DNA of 64,000 nt from Pirellulaceae bacterium (GTDB taxonomy: Bacteria > Planctomycetota > Planctomycetia > Pirellulales > Pirellulaceae): positions 183,693 to 247,692 of the forward strand of contig CAWHXH010000006.1 in assembly GCA_963833245.1 (NCBI GenBank), in the 5' to 3' direction. Positions within the stretch are counted from its first letter, which is position 1, and every line of letters begins with the position of its first letter. Under the pieces are notes generated by a model, which worked only from the letters and a program-made list of their open reading frames with translations, had not been told where the DNA came from and searched no databases. Of this stretch, positions 47,824 through 57,589 are shown piece after piece. Position numbers and translations under genes: made by a program.

Positions 47824-50325
47824 TCATCGAGCCGCTCGCCGGCGACCGCAGCGGTCCAAGCGATGTTGTTGGCCACCGAACTGTCGTCGGGATGACGACG
47901 CAGATGTTCGACGCCGGCGGTGAATATTTGATCGATGACCGCCCGGGCGGCCGGTTCGTGCTCGCTTCCCCGGTAGATTGGCAGCAATCGCTCGCCCAAC
48001 GCAATGTTGAGCCGGTCGTAACTGCATCGCTTGTTCCAGCCGCCTGGGGATGCTCGGTTTTCGGGTTTCACCGACCCCCGGACCCCGCCGTGCCATCGCC
48101 GTCATTTCCGACTGGGCAATCGCCAGCAGCAACCGATTGGGGTACGACCGGCCCGGCAGCGCCAACACCAACGCGGCTTGGACCCACCGCTCCGCGTCGT
48201 CGGCCCAGCGGGGGTCGACCGGATGGTCCTGATCGGTTGCCAGGTCGCGGTACAGCCGCGCGATTGTCAGGAACGCCGCCTCGCCCGATTGACGCTGGGC
48301 GGTCTCTTGGACGACAAACGCTGTCAGTTCGATTGCCAATTCACGCTCGCCGCTGTCGATCAATCGTTCAATCAACGCTCGCCCGGTGTCCAGGTCGCGG
48401 CCGGCTCCGGCAAGCCGAATTTGCCGCGTCACATTGGCGATCGAGGTCGGATCACCGGTCCGGCGGGCCGACGACAAACGATCAACCCAAATGATCGGCC
48501 ATTGGTCCGGGTCGCCCGGTGGCGATTGCGGCTGGACTGACTCGTCAATCCGCTGACCGGACGGGTGATAGACGGGATAGCCGACCCGGCCGGGCGTCAG
48601 TTGCGGCGGAGACTGCGAGCCGGCGATCGCGTCGAGCACCCCGGCGGCTTGGGGAAGCGAACACCGTTCAAACCAATCCCGCAGTTGTCCAGCGGTCGCC
48701 GGTGCGTCGTCGCCAAAGAGAATCGCCGAGGATTCATCGCTGAGCAATTCGACCATTTGCAGTGCCAACGCCGCGGATTGACGCTGAACGATCGGAGGCG
48801 GGCGATCCTCGATTGAATCGACCAGCCACCGCAATCGCCGCCGCCGGGGAACGTCGGCGTTGGCTTGTCGCAACGCAAAGTCCAGCACCGTGACCGACGA
48901 TCGGGACAGGTCGTTGGTCAATACCGAGAGCATTTGATAGGTCCGCTCCGAGAGCGTTTGATCGTCAAACGCGTCGGCAATCAAATCGGGTTCCCACCGG
49001 CCCAGCCCCGCCAGGGCAATGTAATACTGCAGCAGGTAGGGGATCGGCTCGGAGTTTTGACCCGACCGCGCCGCCGCAGCGTTCAGATGCGTCGTCACCC
49101 GCCGGGCCGATGCGAGACGACCAACCACGATCGACTGGCGAATCCATCCGATCAATGCCTCCATCGGCGGCGACAGGAAACCGTTGGTGCTGTTGGCAAT
49201 GTGCGTCGCTTGTTGATTGAGCGCCGCTTCGGTCAGCTCCCGCAATCGCTGCGGCGAAGCGTCGGCGGCGATGCCCAACCGGTCAAAACCCACGTCGGCC
49301 CGCCCCGCGGCGACCGCCAATTGCGCCGCCTCATCTTTGGTCTCGATCAACCGCAACGCCGCGTCGATTTGACCGGTCACGACGAGCAACTCGACGGCCG
49401 CATCCCGGATCTCCCCGGTGGGGCCGGCCTCGGCCAAACGAACAATCTGCTCCGCCGCAGCGGCCAGTTGGTCGTCGGTCCCGTTTCGCCAAGCCGCCGC
49501 CCAAACCGCACCGGCCGTGGCGATCGCCGTCTGCCAATACTCCGGGTCGTCTTTCCGGGTCGGAACTGGGCCGGCGGGATCGATCGGCGTCTGCTTCAAG
49601 AGCTGCTGCGGGTTGAGGATCAATCGTTCCAGCAGCGGTTTCTCCCCCGGCAACTGCCCCGCCGCGGTCGCGGACGCCTCAGCCCGGTGCCGGAGCCACT
49701 CGGTCGCGGTCATCGGCATCGTCGCGGCTTGCCGATCGGTCAATCGACGCAGTTGATCCGCCCAAACGCTCGGATCGGTTTCCGCGTTGCCATGTCGCCA
49801 AACCGCCAGAAACGCTTCGACTTCCCGGGGACCGCGGAGGTGCTCGACCAGGGCGACGAATTGTCGTTCAATCAACAGCCGCAGCGTCGAGGGCAGCGTC
49901 AGGCATTGACCCCGCAACTGTTCCAGCGGCGTCGGCGAGGACGGATCGGACGCGGGGGGCAGCCCCGAGGTCAAATCCAGAATTACGTCGCAACGTTGCA
50001 ATAACGCTAACGTCTGTTCAAACCGCCCGTCGTGGAGCAATCGCCGGGCGACGCTCCAGAGCGGTTGGTCGGTCGTTTCCCCGGCGGTCCAACGGGTCAG
50101 CGCGTCGATCGCCCGGGACCGCGACTCGGCGCTGCCGCCCCGAAGTGCTTCGATCAACGCGTCGGCGTGGGCGATCGGATCCGCCGCCCAGTCGGCCGAT
50201 TGACGCTGGCGGCGGGCAAAGGAGTCACCACCGGCGGCCGTCGCGACGGCTCCGACGATCACCAACGCCATCGCCGATCGAGTCGCCACGGCGGTCCACC
50301 AACGGCGGGGCGGGAGGTTGACCAT
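47824..50325 (-). CDS. large Ala/Arg-rich hypothetical protein with N-terminal signal-anchor; C-terminus probably frameshifted into ORF 47643..48071
   Basis: About 830-aa ORF with no recognised domain. The last about 50 residues are Arg-rich junk, whereas the overlapping frame (47643..48071) encodes TPR-like sequence NNIAWTAAVAGERLDEALRLARQAVAAEPDSTIYRDTLAEILFLRG. Confidence 0.4.
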   Translation of the reverse strand: MVNLPPRRWWTAVATRSAMALVIVGAVATAAGGDSFARRQRQSADWAADPIAHADALIEALRGGSAESRSRAIDALTRWTAGETTDQPLWSVARRLLHDGRFEQTLALLQRCDVILDLTSGLPPASDPSSPTPLEQLRGQCLTLPSTLRLLIERQFVALVEHLRGPREVEAFLAVWRHGNAETDPSVWADQLRRLTDRQAATMPMTATEWLRHRAEASATAAGQLPGEKPLLERLILNPQQLLKQTPIDPAGPVPTRKDDPEYWQTAIATAGAVWAAAWRNGTDDQLAAAAEQIVRLAEAGPTGEIRDAAVELLVVTGQIDAALRLIETKDEAAQLAVAAGRADVGFDRLGIAADASPQRLRELTEAALNQQATHIANSTNGFLSPPMEALIGWIRQSIVVGRLASARRVTTHLNAAAARSGQNSEPIPYLLQYYIALAGLGRWEPDLIADAFDDQTLSERTYQMLSVLTNDLSRSSVTVLDFALRQANADVPRRRRLRWLVDSIEDRPPPIVQRQSAALALQMVELLSDESSAILFGDDAPATAGQLRDWFERCSLPQAAGVLDAIAGSQSPPQLTPGRVGYPVYHPSGQRIDESVQPQSPPGDPDQWPIIWVDRLSSARRTGDPTSIANVTRQIRLAGAGRDLDTGRALIERLIDSGERELAIELTAFVVQETAQRQSGEAAFLTIARLYRDLATDQDHPVDPRWADDAERWVQAALVLALPGRSYPNRLLLAIAQSEMTAMARRGPGVGETRKPSIPRRLEQAMQLRPAQHCVGRAIAANLPGKRARTGRPGGHRSNIHRRRRTSASSSRRQFGGQQHRLDRCGRRRAAR

Positions 50326-50547
50326 CGAGTGGGCGGGGCGGGTGGGGAAGAATGCGGCCACAGCGGCCGGATAGATCGTAGGTCAATCCGTCCGCCGCGT
50401 CAGGTCAACCGGCCGTCATCGGCGGGCATCAACAACCGCCCCGACATTCGGCATGACCTTTGCAAACCGAAGCCATTCAAACCCCAGCATCCTAAGGGAC
50501 TGGTTCAACTCACCTCGCACCTTCCAAACGACGGAACCTGAACACCC

Positions 50548-51021
50548 ATGTCGCTCGAAACCCCCACGACGCTCTCCGACGATACGATCGACGCCCTCCA
50601 AGACCTGATCCGCACCAATATCGATTCGGTCAACGGTTTCAAAGAATCGGCCGGCGACGTCAAAGACGCTCGCGTCGCCACGCTGTTTCGCGAACTCGCC
50701 GCCGAGCGTGCCTCGCTGGCCAGCGAATTGCAAAACTATGTGGAAATGAACCATGAGGAAGCGGTCGACGACGGCTCCACCGCCGCAGCGGTCCACCGAA
50801 CGTGGATCAACCTGAAAAGCAGCATCGTCGGCAACGACACCCAGGCGGTGCTCAACGAAGCCGAGCGCGGCGAAGATTATATCAAGGGCGCTTACGAAAA
50901 AGCGTTGAAGCACACTGCCGGTTCCGCCGTCAACGATGTGTTGTTGCAACAATATGCGTTGGTCAAAAAGGGTCATGATAAGGTGCGTGACCTGCGCGAC
51001 GCCTACAAAGCCAAAAGCTAA
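50548..51021 (+). CDS. PA2169/DUF2383-family four-helix-bundle (ferritin-like) protein
   Basis: 157 aa and all-helical, with the DTIDALQDLIRTNIDSVNGFKESAGDVKD pattern typical of the family. Confidence 0.5.
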   Translation: MSLETPTTLSDDTIDALQDLIRTNIDSVNGFKESAGDVKDARVATLFRELAAERASLASELQNYVEMNHEEAVDDGSTAAAVHRTWINLKSSIVGNDTQAVLNEAERGEDYIKGAYEKALKHTAGSAVNDVLLQQYALVKKGHDKVRDLRDAYKAKS

Positions 51022-51034
51022 CAAACCTATACTC

Positions 51035-51385
51035 CGGTAGCGGCGGTCCGCCAGGCCGCCGATGACACGCTAACCAAAGCCTGGCGGCTTCGGCTACCGT
51101 CGCTCCGGTAGCGGCGGTCCGCCAGGCCGCCGATGACACGCTAACCAAAGCCTGGCGGCTTCGGCTACCGTCGCCCCGGTAGCGGCGGTCCGCCAGGCCG
51201 CCGATGACGCGCCAACCAAAGCCTGGCGGCTTCGGCTACCTTCGTTCCGGTAGCGGCGGTCCGCCAGGCCGCCGATGACGTGCCGACCAAAGCCTGGCGG
51301 CTTCGGCTACCTTCGCTCCGGTAGCGGCGGTCCGCCAGGCCGCCGATGACGTGCCGACCAAAGCCTGGCGGCTTCGGCTACCGGG
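51035..51385. repeat. tandem array: five copies of a 70-71-nt unit, each an internal inverted pair with GGTAGCGG head
   Basis: Unit CCGGTAGCGGCGGTCCGCCAGGCCGCCGATGAC(A/G)(C/T)GC(T/C)(A/G)ACCAAAGCCTGGCGGCTTCGGCTACC(G/T)TCG(C/T)T; copies diverge only at a few positions. Confidence 0.85.
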
Positions 51386-51417
51386 CAGCAACGTTGACCA
51401 ATGACGACATCATCTAA

Positions 51418-52320
51418 ATGAGTGACCCCGATCCCGCCCCCCAGTCGATGGCGGGACGAACCGATTGGTTCAATACCGCCCGCTACGGCAAACTGCACGT
51501 TCGTCAATACGGGCCGCCGGCCGCCGCCCATGTCGTCGTCGTCATTCATGGCCTCGGGGATCATGGAGGGACTTACGCCCGGATGGGCCAAGCTTTAGGC
51601 GAACGTGGCATCGCGACGTTTGCCTACGATCACCTTGGCCACGGCATGACGCGGCGGGAAAACGACCACCCGCCCACCTACCAGGCACTGCTGCGAAACG
51701 TCGACGATGCGGTCGCCGAAGCCGCCGATCGTTATCCGGGGGCACGCATCCACCTGCTGGGACATTCGATGGGTGGCAATCTAATGTTGTGCTACCTGCT
51801 TGGCGGCATCCAACAGGATGACCCCGATGCGACGCTCCGCACGACGCTATCGACAACCCGTCGCAACGATCTGACGGCGATCGCGGTCAATCCTATGCTG
51901 TTGCCACCCAACCCGCCCACCAAACCGCAAATCTTTGCCGCGTGGGCGACCGGCAAACTATTCGGATGGGTCAATGTTTCCGGCGATATTGATCCCGATC
52001 AATTGACGCAAGATCCGCGAATCATCCAAGAGATGCTTGTCGATCCGCTAATGCAAGACAAAATGCGGTTGGGTTTAGGCACCGAGTTATTATCTCACGG
52101 TCAATGGTGCGTCGACCATGCCGGATCGCTGGTGACCCAAACGTTCGTTTTACTTGGTGAGGATGACGAATTATGCGATCGCGGCGCGATCGACGCTTTT
52201 ACCCACCGGGCCGGTCACCGCGTCGCGGTTCGCGAGTTTGAAACTTTGCGTCATAACCTGCTGCTGGAGATCGATCGACAAAAGGTATTCGATGCGATCG
52301 TCGATTGGGTTTTGTCGTAG
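51418..52320 (+). CDS. alpha/beta hydrolase (lysophospholipase/monoacylglycerol-lipase-like)
   Basis: HGLGDHGGTYARM (oxyanion HG) and the nucleophile elbow GHSMGG. Confidence 0.7.
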   Translation: MSDPDPAPQSMAGRTDWFNTARYGKLHVRQYGPPAAAHVVVVIHGLGDHGGTYARMGQALGERGIATFAYDHLGHGMTRRENDHPPTYQALLRNVDDAVAEAADRYPGARIHLLGHSMGGNLMLCYLLGGIQQDDPDATLRTTLSTTRRNDLTAIAVNPMLLPPNPPTKPQIFAAWATGKLFGWVNVSGDIDPDQLTQDPRIIQEMLVDPLMQDKMRLGLGTELLSHGQWCVDHAGSLVTQTFVLLGEDDELCDRGAIDAFTHRAGHRVAVREFETLRHNLLLEIDRQKVFDAIVDWVLS

Positions 52321-52343
52321 CAACCCGGGAGGGCGACACCGCC

Positions 52344-54245
52344 TCAACCCGTGCCCCGCCGCACCCGTTCGGCTTCGACTAATTCCAACAGACGCCGCAT
52401 CTCTTCGTCGGGGTCGAGCGGTTGACGCAGGCCCGCGATCGCGGCGTCACGTTGAGTCAAATATTCGGACTCGTGCATCCTCGCCAGCACGTCGTTGTAA
52501 CGGGCGACCGGATCAACCAACTCATGACTCCGCAACCGCTCGACGGTCTGGTCCAACGACACCAGCAGGCTTTTGAGCGATTCGTTTTCAACGAGGGTCA
52601 ATAAAGTCCCGGCGTCCAAGTCTCGACCGTCCATCTCCAAATCCTGCAACGCCGAAAACAACGCCTGCGACGTCGGGCTGGTCAGCAGCGTCGCGTCGAT
52701 CGTCTCGACCGCCCGGGCGGCGAGTTCGGGCGACATCAGCAACGCCTCGAACAGCTCCCGCTCCATCCCCCGCAGCGGCGGATAGGTTGCCGCCGGTCGT
52801 TTCGCCACCGCTGCAGAAGGGGCGGCAACCGGAAGTCTCGGTGGCGACGGGACCACCGCGGCCGCCGCGGGGCTGACTCTTCGTTCACGACTGCGAACCG
52901 TCTCGCGAATCGAACGCAACCTCGAAGCGATCGTCTCACGCGGCAGATCGAAATGTTGGTGCAGCCGTCCGATCATTTGTTGCACGCGGATTTCACCCCC
53001 GCCGGCAACCGGGACCGCGGCCAGCACGGTCAGCATCGCGTCGACCGCCTTGCCGACCGCGTGGGTGTCCCGGTGGGGATCGATCCCATCGGTCAACGTC
53101 GCGAACTTATGGGACAGCGCGTCGGGGGCCGACCGGGCAAGTTGCTCCAACCCCGACCGCCCGTGGCTTTGCAGGTAGTCGGCCGGATCGGCTCCCCCGG
53201 GCAACGTCAGAATCCGCAGGTCGATGTCCGCCGAGACGAACAGCGTCAACACTTCATCGGCCCGCCGCCGGCCCGCTTCGTCGCCGTCGAGGACCAGGAC
53301 GATTTGGTCGGTGTACCGACGCAACAGCCGGACGTGGTTGGCCGTCAACGCCGTGCCGAGCACCGCGACCGATTCGTTCAGACCCGTCATGACGGCGGCA
53401 ACGACATCGGTGTAGCCCTCCATCACCAGCGCCCGGCCGCCCCGCCGGATCGCATCGCGAGCCAAGTCGAGGCCATACAATTGATCCGATTTGCGGTACA
53501 GCAGCGTTTCGGCACCGTTGATGTATTTGCCCGGTTTAAAATTGTCATTGGGATCAATCAGGGCCGGCAAAACGCGTCCGCCGGTCGAGATCACCCGCCC
53601 GGCAACGTCGCGAATCGGGAACATCACCCGGCCGCGAAAAACGTCCTTGATTCCTTCACCCGAACTCCGGGCCGACGCCGCCCCGCACGCCACCGCCACC
53701 TCGGGGCTAAATCCCAGTTGACGCAGATGGTCGGTCGCTGTTGACCAAGCGTTGGGTGCAAAACCAATGGCAAACTTCTCGATCGCCTCCTCGCTGATTT
53801 GCCGCTGGACCAGGTAGGCCCGCGCCGCGGCGGCATCGGCGTTGTCGGCCTGCAAACACCGCTGATGCAACTGCGTGACCGACTCGATCGCTCGCCGCAG
53901 CGTGTCGCGATCGTCGGCCGCCCCCGGTTCGGTTTTGGGGCCGCCGCGGCTGGGCAGTTCGATCCCCGCCGCGTCGGCCAGTTGCCGCAGCGCGGTGGGG
54001 AAGTCGACGCCCTCACGCCGCATGACAAACGAGAAAACATCGCCGCCTATGTCACAAACCCAACATTTCCAGCTTTGGCGTGCCGGATTGATGGTCATCG
54101 ACGGCCGCGTGTCGTTATGAAACGGACACCGGGCGACCAGGTTTCGACCGGCCGGCCGCACTTCCAAATCGCGTCCGATCACTTCGGCAATGTCCGTCGC
54201 CTGCCGAACCCGTTCCTTGACGTCAAAATCAGCGGCGGAACTCAT
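52344..54245 (-). CDS. dnaG: DNA primase
   Basis: Zn-ribbon CPFHNDTRPSMTINPARQSWKCWVCDIGGDVFSF, RNA-polymerase core, and TOPRIM VLVLDGDEAGRRRADE. ATG at 54245 overlaps the upstream stop (ATGA); the track N-extension is rejected. Confidence 0.85.
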   Translation of the reverse strand: MSSAADFDVKERVRQATDIAEVIGRDLEVRPAGRNLVARCPFHNDTRPSMTINPARQSWKCWVCDIGGDVFSFVMRREGVDFPTALRQLADAAGIELPSRGGPKTEPGAADDRDTLRRAIESVTQLHQRCLQADNADAAAARAYLVQRQISEEAIEKFAIGFAPNAWSTATDHLRQLGFSPEVAVACGAASARSSGEGIKDVFRGRVMFPIRDVAGRVISTGGRVLPALIDPNDNFKPGKYINGAETLLYRKSDQLYGLDLARDAIRRGGRALVMEGYTDVVAAVMTGLNESVAVLGTALTANHVRLLRRYTDQIVLVLDGDEAGRRRADEVLTLFVSADIDLRILTLPGGADPADYLQSHGRSGLEQLARSAPDALSHKFATLTDGIDPHRDTHAVGKAVDAMLTVLAAVPVAGGGEIRVQQMIGRLHQHFDLPRETIASRLRSIRETVRSRERRVSPAAAAVVPSPPRLPVAAPSAAVAKRPAATYPPLRGMERELFEALLMSPELAARAVETIDATLLTSPTSQALFSALQDLEMDGRDLDAGTLLTLVENESLKSLLVSLDQTVERLRSHELVDPVARYNDVLARMHESEYLTQRDAAIAGLRQPLDPDEEMRRLLELVEAERVRRGTG

Positions 54246-55600
54246 GCCGCCAGGTTGCTCGACACATCCGTCCGGTAGGCCGCCGCGGCGGGTAGCAACC
54301 CGGCGATCAGCGACAGCGCAATGACCAGCGGCAGGACCAACCATTCGTACTGGGTGAACGTCAACAATCCCGCCTGAACGCCGGTTTGATCTTCGATGCG
54401 GCCCGAGGCGGCGAGGATCGCCAGGTGCGCCATCACCCAACCGGCCACCCCGCCGATGATGGCGATCAAACCGGACTCCAATAAAATGATGGCCGTCACC
54501 GTATCCCGCCGCGCCCCCAACGCACGCATCACCGCGATGTCACGCCGCCGCTCGGACATGCTGTTATAAATTGCCACCAACGTCCCGATCGCCGCAACAA
54601 CGCATGTCAATATGGTGATTGCAAAAAGAGCGGTGGAGATCGGACCGATGATTTGATCCATCAATGATTGAATTTGGCCGATCGGCGCGGCCGCCTGTGC
54701 CCGCAGCGATTCGTTGATTCGGTTTTGCATGATCGGCGCCATCAGGATCATGCCGTTTCGCACTAGCAGGCTGGTCACTTCGCGTTGCGGGATCGTCAGT
54801 CCCGGCGGCCGGCCGTCGGCGGCGGGTCGGGGCGGCTGGACTATCGCATCCTCGGCGACCGGCTTGGCATGTTTATCAAGTAGATAAAAACCTTCCATGT
54901 TGACAAACATCACGCGGTCATTGGGCGTGCCGGTCGGTTCCAGCACGCCGACGACGGTGAACGGTTGGCCGTGACCGACACCCTCGGGATCGCCGTGGGT
55001 TGGAAAAATCTCATCACCCACCCGGACGCCTTCTTCGGACGCGACCCGCGACCCGACCACCGCCTCATAATACGAATGTTCGGGGGTATACGTTTGCAAT
55101 GCTCGTCCGTCGGCGAACACAAACGGTTCATCGACGTCGGGTCCGTGCCGGAGAACCTCAAAGAAATCGGGGATCGTTCCAACGATGCGATACTGTTTGT
55201 AAAAATCTCCCAAACAGATCGGAATGACATAACCGCCGGCGATGAACCCCGCGTAGATCCCGTCCCTTTCCGCCAACGACGGATCGCCCCCGTAGTCTCG
55301 CACCATCGCGGCCCGTTGCTGCTGCGGCAAAAACTCCATGTATTCGGTAAAGGGCAGGTTTTCGACCGGCGGAGCCAGGTAGTACACACTGCTGAGGGTC
55401 AACTGCAGCGGGCTGCCTTTGGGGCCGACAACCAGGTTGTAGCCCACCGAAGCGTTGCGAACGAACGCTTCGTTGATGATCCCGTAGATCGCCAACACCG
55501 CGACGACCAACGCCACGCCCAAGGCTAACGAAAGGGTTGTTAAAAACGAGGATAGCGCCCGATAGCGAAAGTTTCGCCAGGCGATTTTGATCAATTGCAT
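54242..55600 (-). CDS. ABC transporter permease, FtsX/MacB/LolE-like (N-terminal TM, large periplasmic domain, 3 C-terminal TM)
   Basis: MQLIKIAWRNFRYRALSSFLTTLSLALGVALVV; the C-terminal FtsX-like helices include the conserved SERRRDIAVMRALGA. Confidence 0.75.
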   Translation of the reverse strand: MQLIKIAWRNFRYRALSSFLTTLSLALGVALVVAVLAIYGIINEAFVRNASVGYNLVVGPKGSPLQLTLSSVYYLAPPVENLPFTEYMEFLPQQQRAAMVRDYGGDPSLAERDGIYAGFIAGGYVIPICLGDFYKQYRIVGTIPDFFEVLRHGPDVDEPFVFADGRALQTYTPEHSYYEAVVGSRVASEEGVRVGDEIFPTHGDPEGVGHGQPFTVVGVLEPTGTPNDRVMFVNMEGFYLLDKHAKPVAEDAIVQPPRPAADGRPPGLTIPQREVTSLLVRNGMILMAPIMQNRINESLRAQAAAPIGQIQSLMDQIIGPISTALFAITILTCVVAAIGTLVAIYNSMSERRRDIAVMRALGARRDTVTAIILLESGLIAIIGGVAGWVMAHLAILAASGRIEDQTGVQAGLLTFTQYEWLVLPLVIALSLIAGLLPAAAAYRTDVSSNLAA

Positions 55601-56262
55601 TACAACGCCCGATTGAGTTCATCCAGGTTGACGACCGTCGGCAATCGACCGGCCGCCGCATGATCGTGCGTCACCATCAGGAGCGAAATCTTATCATCGC
55701 GGCACGCATCGAGGATCAACTGCAGCACCGTCTCGGACGACCGCGGATCGACATTGGCGGTCGGTTCGTCGGCCAGCAATAGTTGGGGTTTCCCGGCAAG
55801 CGCCCGGGCGATGGCCACCCGCTGCTGCTGGCCAACCGAGAGCTGGGCCGGCCGATGGTTCGCACGGTCGGACAAACCGACGCGATCTAATAAATCCGCC
55901 GCCCGGGAGCGATTGATTTTCCGCCGTCCGAATGTCATGCCCAGCATCACATTTTCAATCGCCGAGAATGCGGGCAACAGATTGAAGGTTTGAAAGACAT
56001 AACCGATCTTGTCGGCCCGGACGCGGTCGCGGCCCGGTTCGGATAGTTCTGTCAACTCGACGCCACCGAGGTTCACCGTCCCGGTCGTCGGCGTTGTCAG
56101 TCCGGCGATGATATGCAGCAAGGTGGTTTTACCGCCGCCGGAATTGCCGACCAAACCGACCTGCTGTCCCTTTTGGATGTCAAACGCGGGCACATCGAGA
56201 ACGACCAGCGGCGAGTCGCCGGGTCGGGGGAAGGATTTCGTCAGGTTGCGAATCGTCAACAT
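55600..56262 (-). CDS. ABC transporter ATP-binding protein (LolD/MacB-type)
   Basis: Walker A GNSGGGKTTL, signature LSVGQQQRVAIARAL, Walker B LLLADEPT. ATG at 56262. Confidence 0.85.
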   Translation of the reverse strand: MLTIRNLTKSFPRPGDSPLVVLDVPAFDIQKGQQVGLVGNSGGGKTTLLHIIAGLTTPTTGTVNLGGVELTELSEPGRDRVRADKIGYVFQTFNLLPAFSAIENVMLGMTFGRRKINRSRAADLLDRVGLSDRANHRPAQLSVGQQQRVAIARALAGKPQLLLADEPTANVDPRSSETVLQLILDACRDDKISLLMVTHDHAAAGRLPTVVNLDELNRAL

Positions 56263-56801
56263 TATCGGCGCCGCATCGCTTGCTGCAGTCCCCGCTCGGT
56301 GTCGCGTTTTTTGAGCGTTTCGCGTTTGTCGTGCAGCTTTTTGCCGCGGACCAACCCCATCACGCATTTGGCCAACCCGCGAGCATTGAAATAAACCCGC
56401 AGCGGCACCAAAGTCAGGCCCCGCTCGGCGACCGCACCGGCGAACGTGTCCCGCTCGCGGGCGTGAAGCAGCAGTTTGCGTTGCCGCCGGGGGTCATGGT
56501 TCCACATTCCGGCGTTGTTGTAATGGCCAATGTCGCTGCCGACGAGCCAAAACTCGTTGCCAACGACGCGGATGTGGGCTTCCTCGATCGACAACTTGCC
56601 CTCCCTCATGCTTTTGACCTCACTGCCGCGCAGGTCCATGCCGCATTCGAGTTGGTCCAGGATCTCGTACTTGAACTTCGCCTTCCGATTTTCGGCGATG
56701 GGCGTGAATTTCGGTTCGGCCGGTCTGGATTTCCCCTTGCCCGCCTTCTTTTTGTTGCCGCCCGAGTCGGTCGGGGTCGCCTTGCCTTTCTTTTTGGACA
56801 T
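56262..56801 (-). CDS. smpB: SsrA-binding protein SmpB with about 35-aa Lys-rich N-terminal extension
   Basis: Core KFTPIAENRKAKFKYEILDQLECGMDLRGSEVKSMREGKLSIEEAHIRV...GLTLVPLRVYFNARGLAK matches SmpB. The N-terminus is MSKKKGKATPTDSGGNKKKAGKGKSRPAE. Confidence 0.8.
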   Translation of the reverse strand: MSKKKGKATPTDSGGNKKKAGKGKSRPAEPKFTPIAENRKAKFKYEILDQLECGMDLRGSEVKSMREGKLSIEEAHIRVVGNEFWLVGSDIGHYNNAGMWNHDPRRQRKLLLHARERDTFAGAVAERGLTLVPLRVYFNARGLAKCVMGLVRGKKLHDKRETLKKRDTERGLQQAMRRR

Positions 56802-56834
56802 CGAGGGCAGCTTAGCCGACTCGGCGCTCCCTTC

Positions 56835-56906
56835 GTAGCGGAAGTCGCCAAGACTTTCGGTTGCGACAGACGGGCCGCGACCGAAAGTCTTGGCGACTTC
56901 CGCTAC
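56835..56906. repeat. REP/BIME-like inverted pair, family A
   Basis: GTAGCGGAAGTCGCCAAGACTTTCGG ... CCGAAAGTCTTGGCGACTTCCGCTAC. Confidence 0.85.
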
Positions 56907-56922
56907 GGTGGCCAACCAATCC

Positions 56923-57501
56923 CTAACGCCGATCGTTGCCGGTGGTCGATGCGATGCCGAAGACGGCGGCCATCGCTTCGGGGTTTTCAAAATCCATGAC
57001 GACCATTTCTTCGCCCGGCGACGGTTCCATTGCCAAACCCGAGATCCGCCAACCGACGCTTTGACGGATCACCGCCCATACGACTTGGTACTGCGAGGTC
57101 GATCCGTCGGCGGCCGGCTCGGTCCAGATCGTGTGAACCAGTCGATCATCACTGCTGGGCGATCCATCGGCCGCCGCGGTCGCCGAACTCCGCGTGACCT
57201 CGAATCGCGATTCGGGCGTCCCGATCGGCATCACTTCGCGGCCCAATGACCGGAGCACGGTGCGGGCGGTCTCGGTCAACAATGCCGCGGCCGGTTGCGA
57301 CTGGTCGCCGCGGCGAACGCGGTCGAGAAATTGGGCAACGACCTGTTCGGAGGGATGAATTGCCGGGGCGGCGGCCGGCGGCGGGGTCGGTTTGGCGGCC
57401 GGCGGGGTCGTCGAAGCCGTCTCTTGAGAACCGCAGCCGGACAACGAAGCCGACAGGAGGGCGAGGGTTAAAACGACGGGTAAACGGAGCGTTGCGGACA
57501 T
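56923..57501 (-). CDS. hypothetical lipoprotein
   Basis: Signal peptide plus lipobox LLSASLSGCGS; a Pro/Ala-rich linker; no recognised domain. Confidence 0.45.
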   Translation of the reverse strand: MSATLRLPVVLTLALLSASLSGCGSQETASTTPPAAKPTPPPAAAPAIHPSEQVVAQFLDRVRRGDQSQPAAALLTETARTVLRSLGREVMPIGTPESRFEVTRSSATAAADGSPSSDDRLVHTIWTEPAADGSTSQYQVVWAVIRQSVGWRISGLAMEPSPGEEMVVMDFENPEAMAAVFGIASTTGNDRR

Positions 57502-57589
57502 GAATTTCTTGAGCAGCGGGGGCGGGCGGGTCAGGCGTCACCGCCCCCGATAGGCGACCGGACCGCGGGCTGTCAAAGCCAGTGTGTCA

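Noticed and set aside
48865-50004. 379-aa plus-strand ORF antisense to the 830-aa hypothetical gene
   Set aside because: Arg/Gln/Pro-rich and low complexity; likely a shadow ORF, although the sense gene itself has no recognised family.
51035-51385. Possible CRISPR array
   Set aside because: The spacer segments between repeats are nearly identical among units and the repeat is itself an inverted pair; this is a tandem duplication, not a spacer array. No cas genes in the window.
56280-56999. 239-aa plus-strand ORF antisense to smpB and reading through the REP element
   Set aside because: Antisense of a conserved gene; its reading through the REP shows only that the element is stop-free in several frames.
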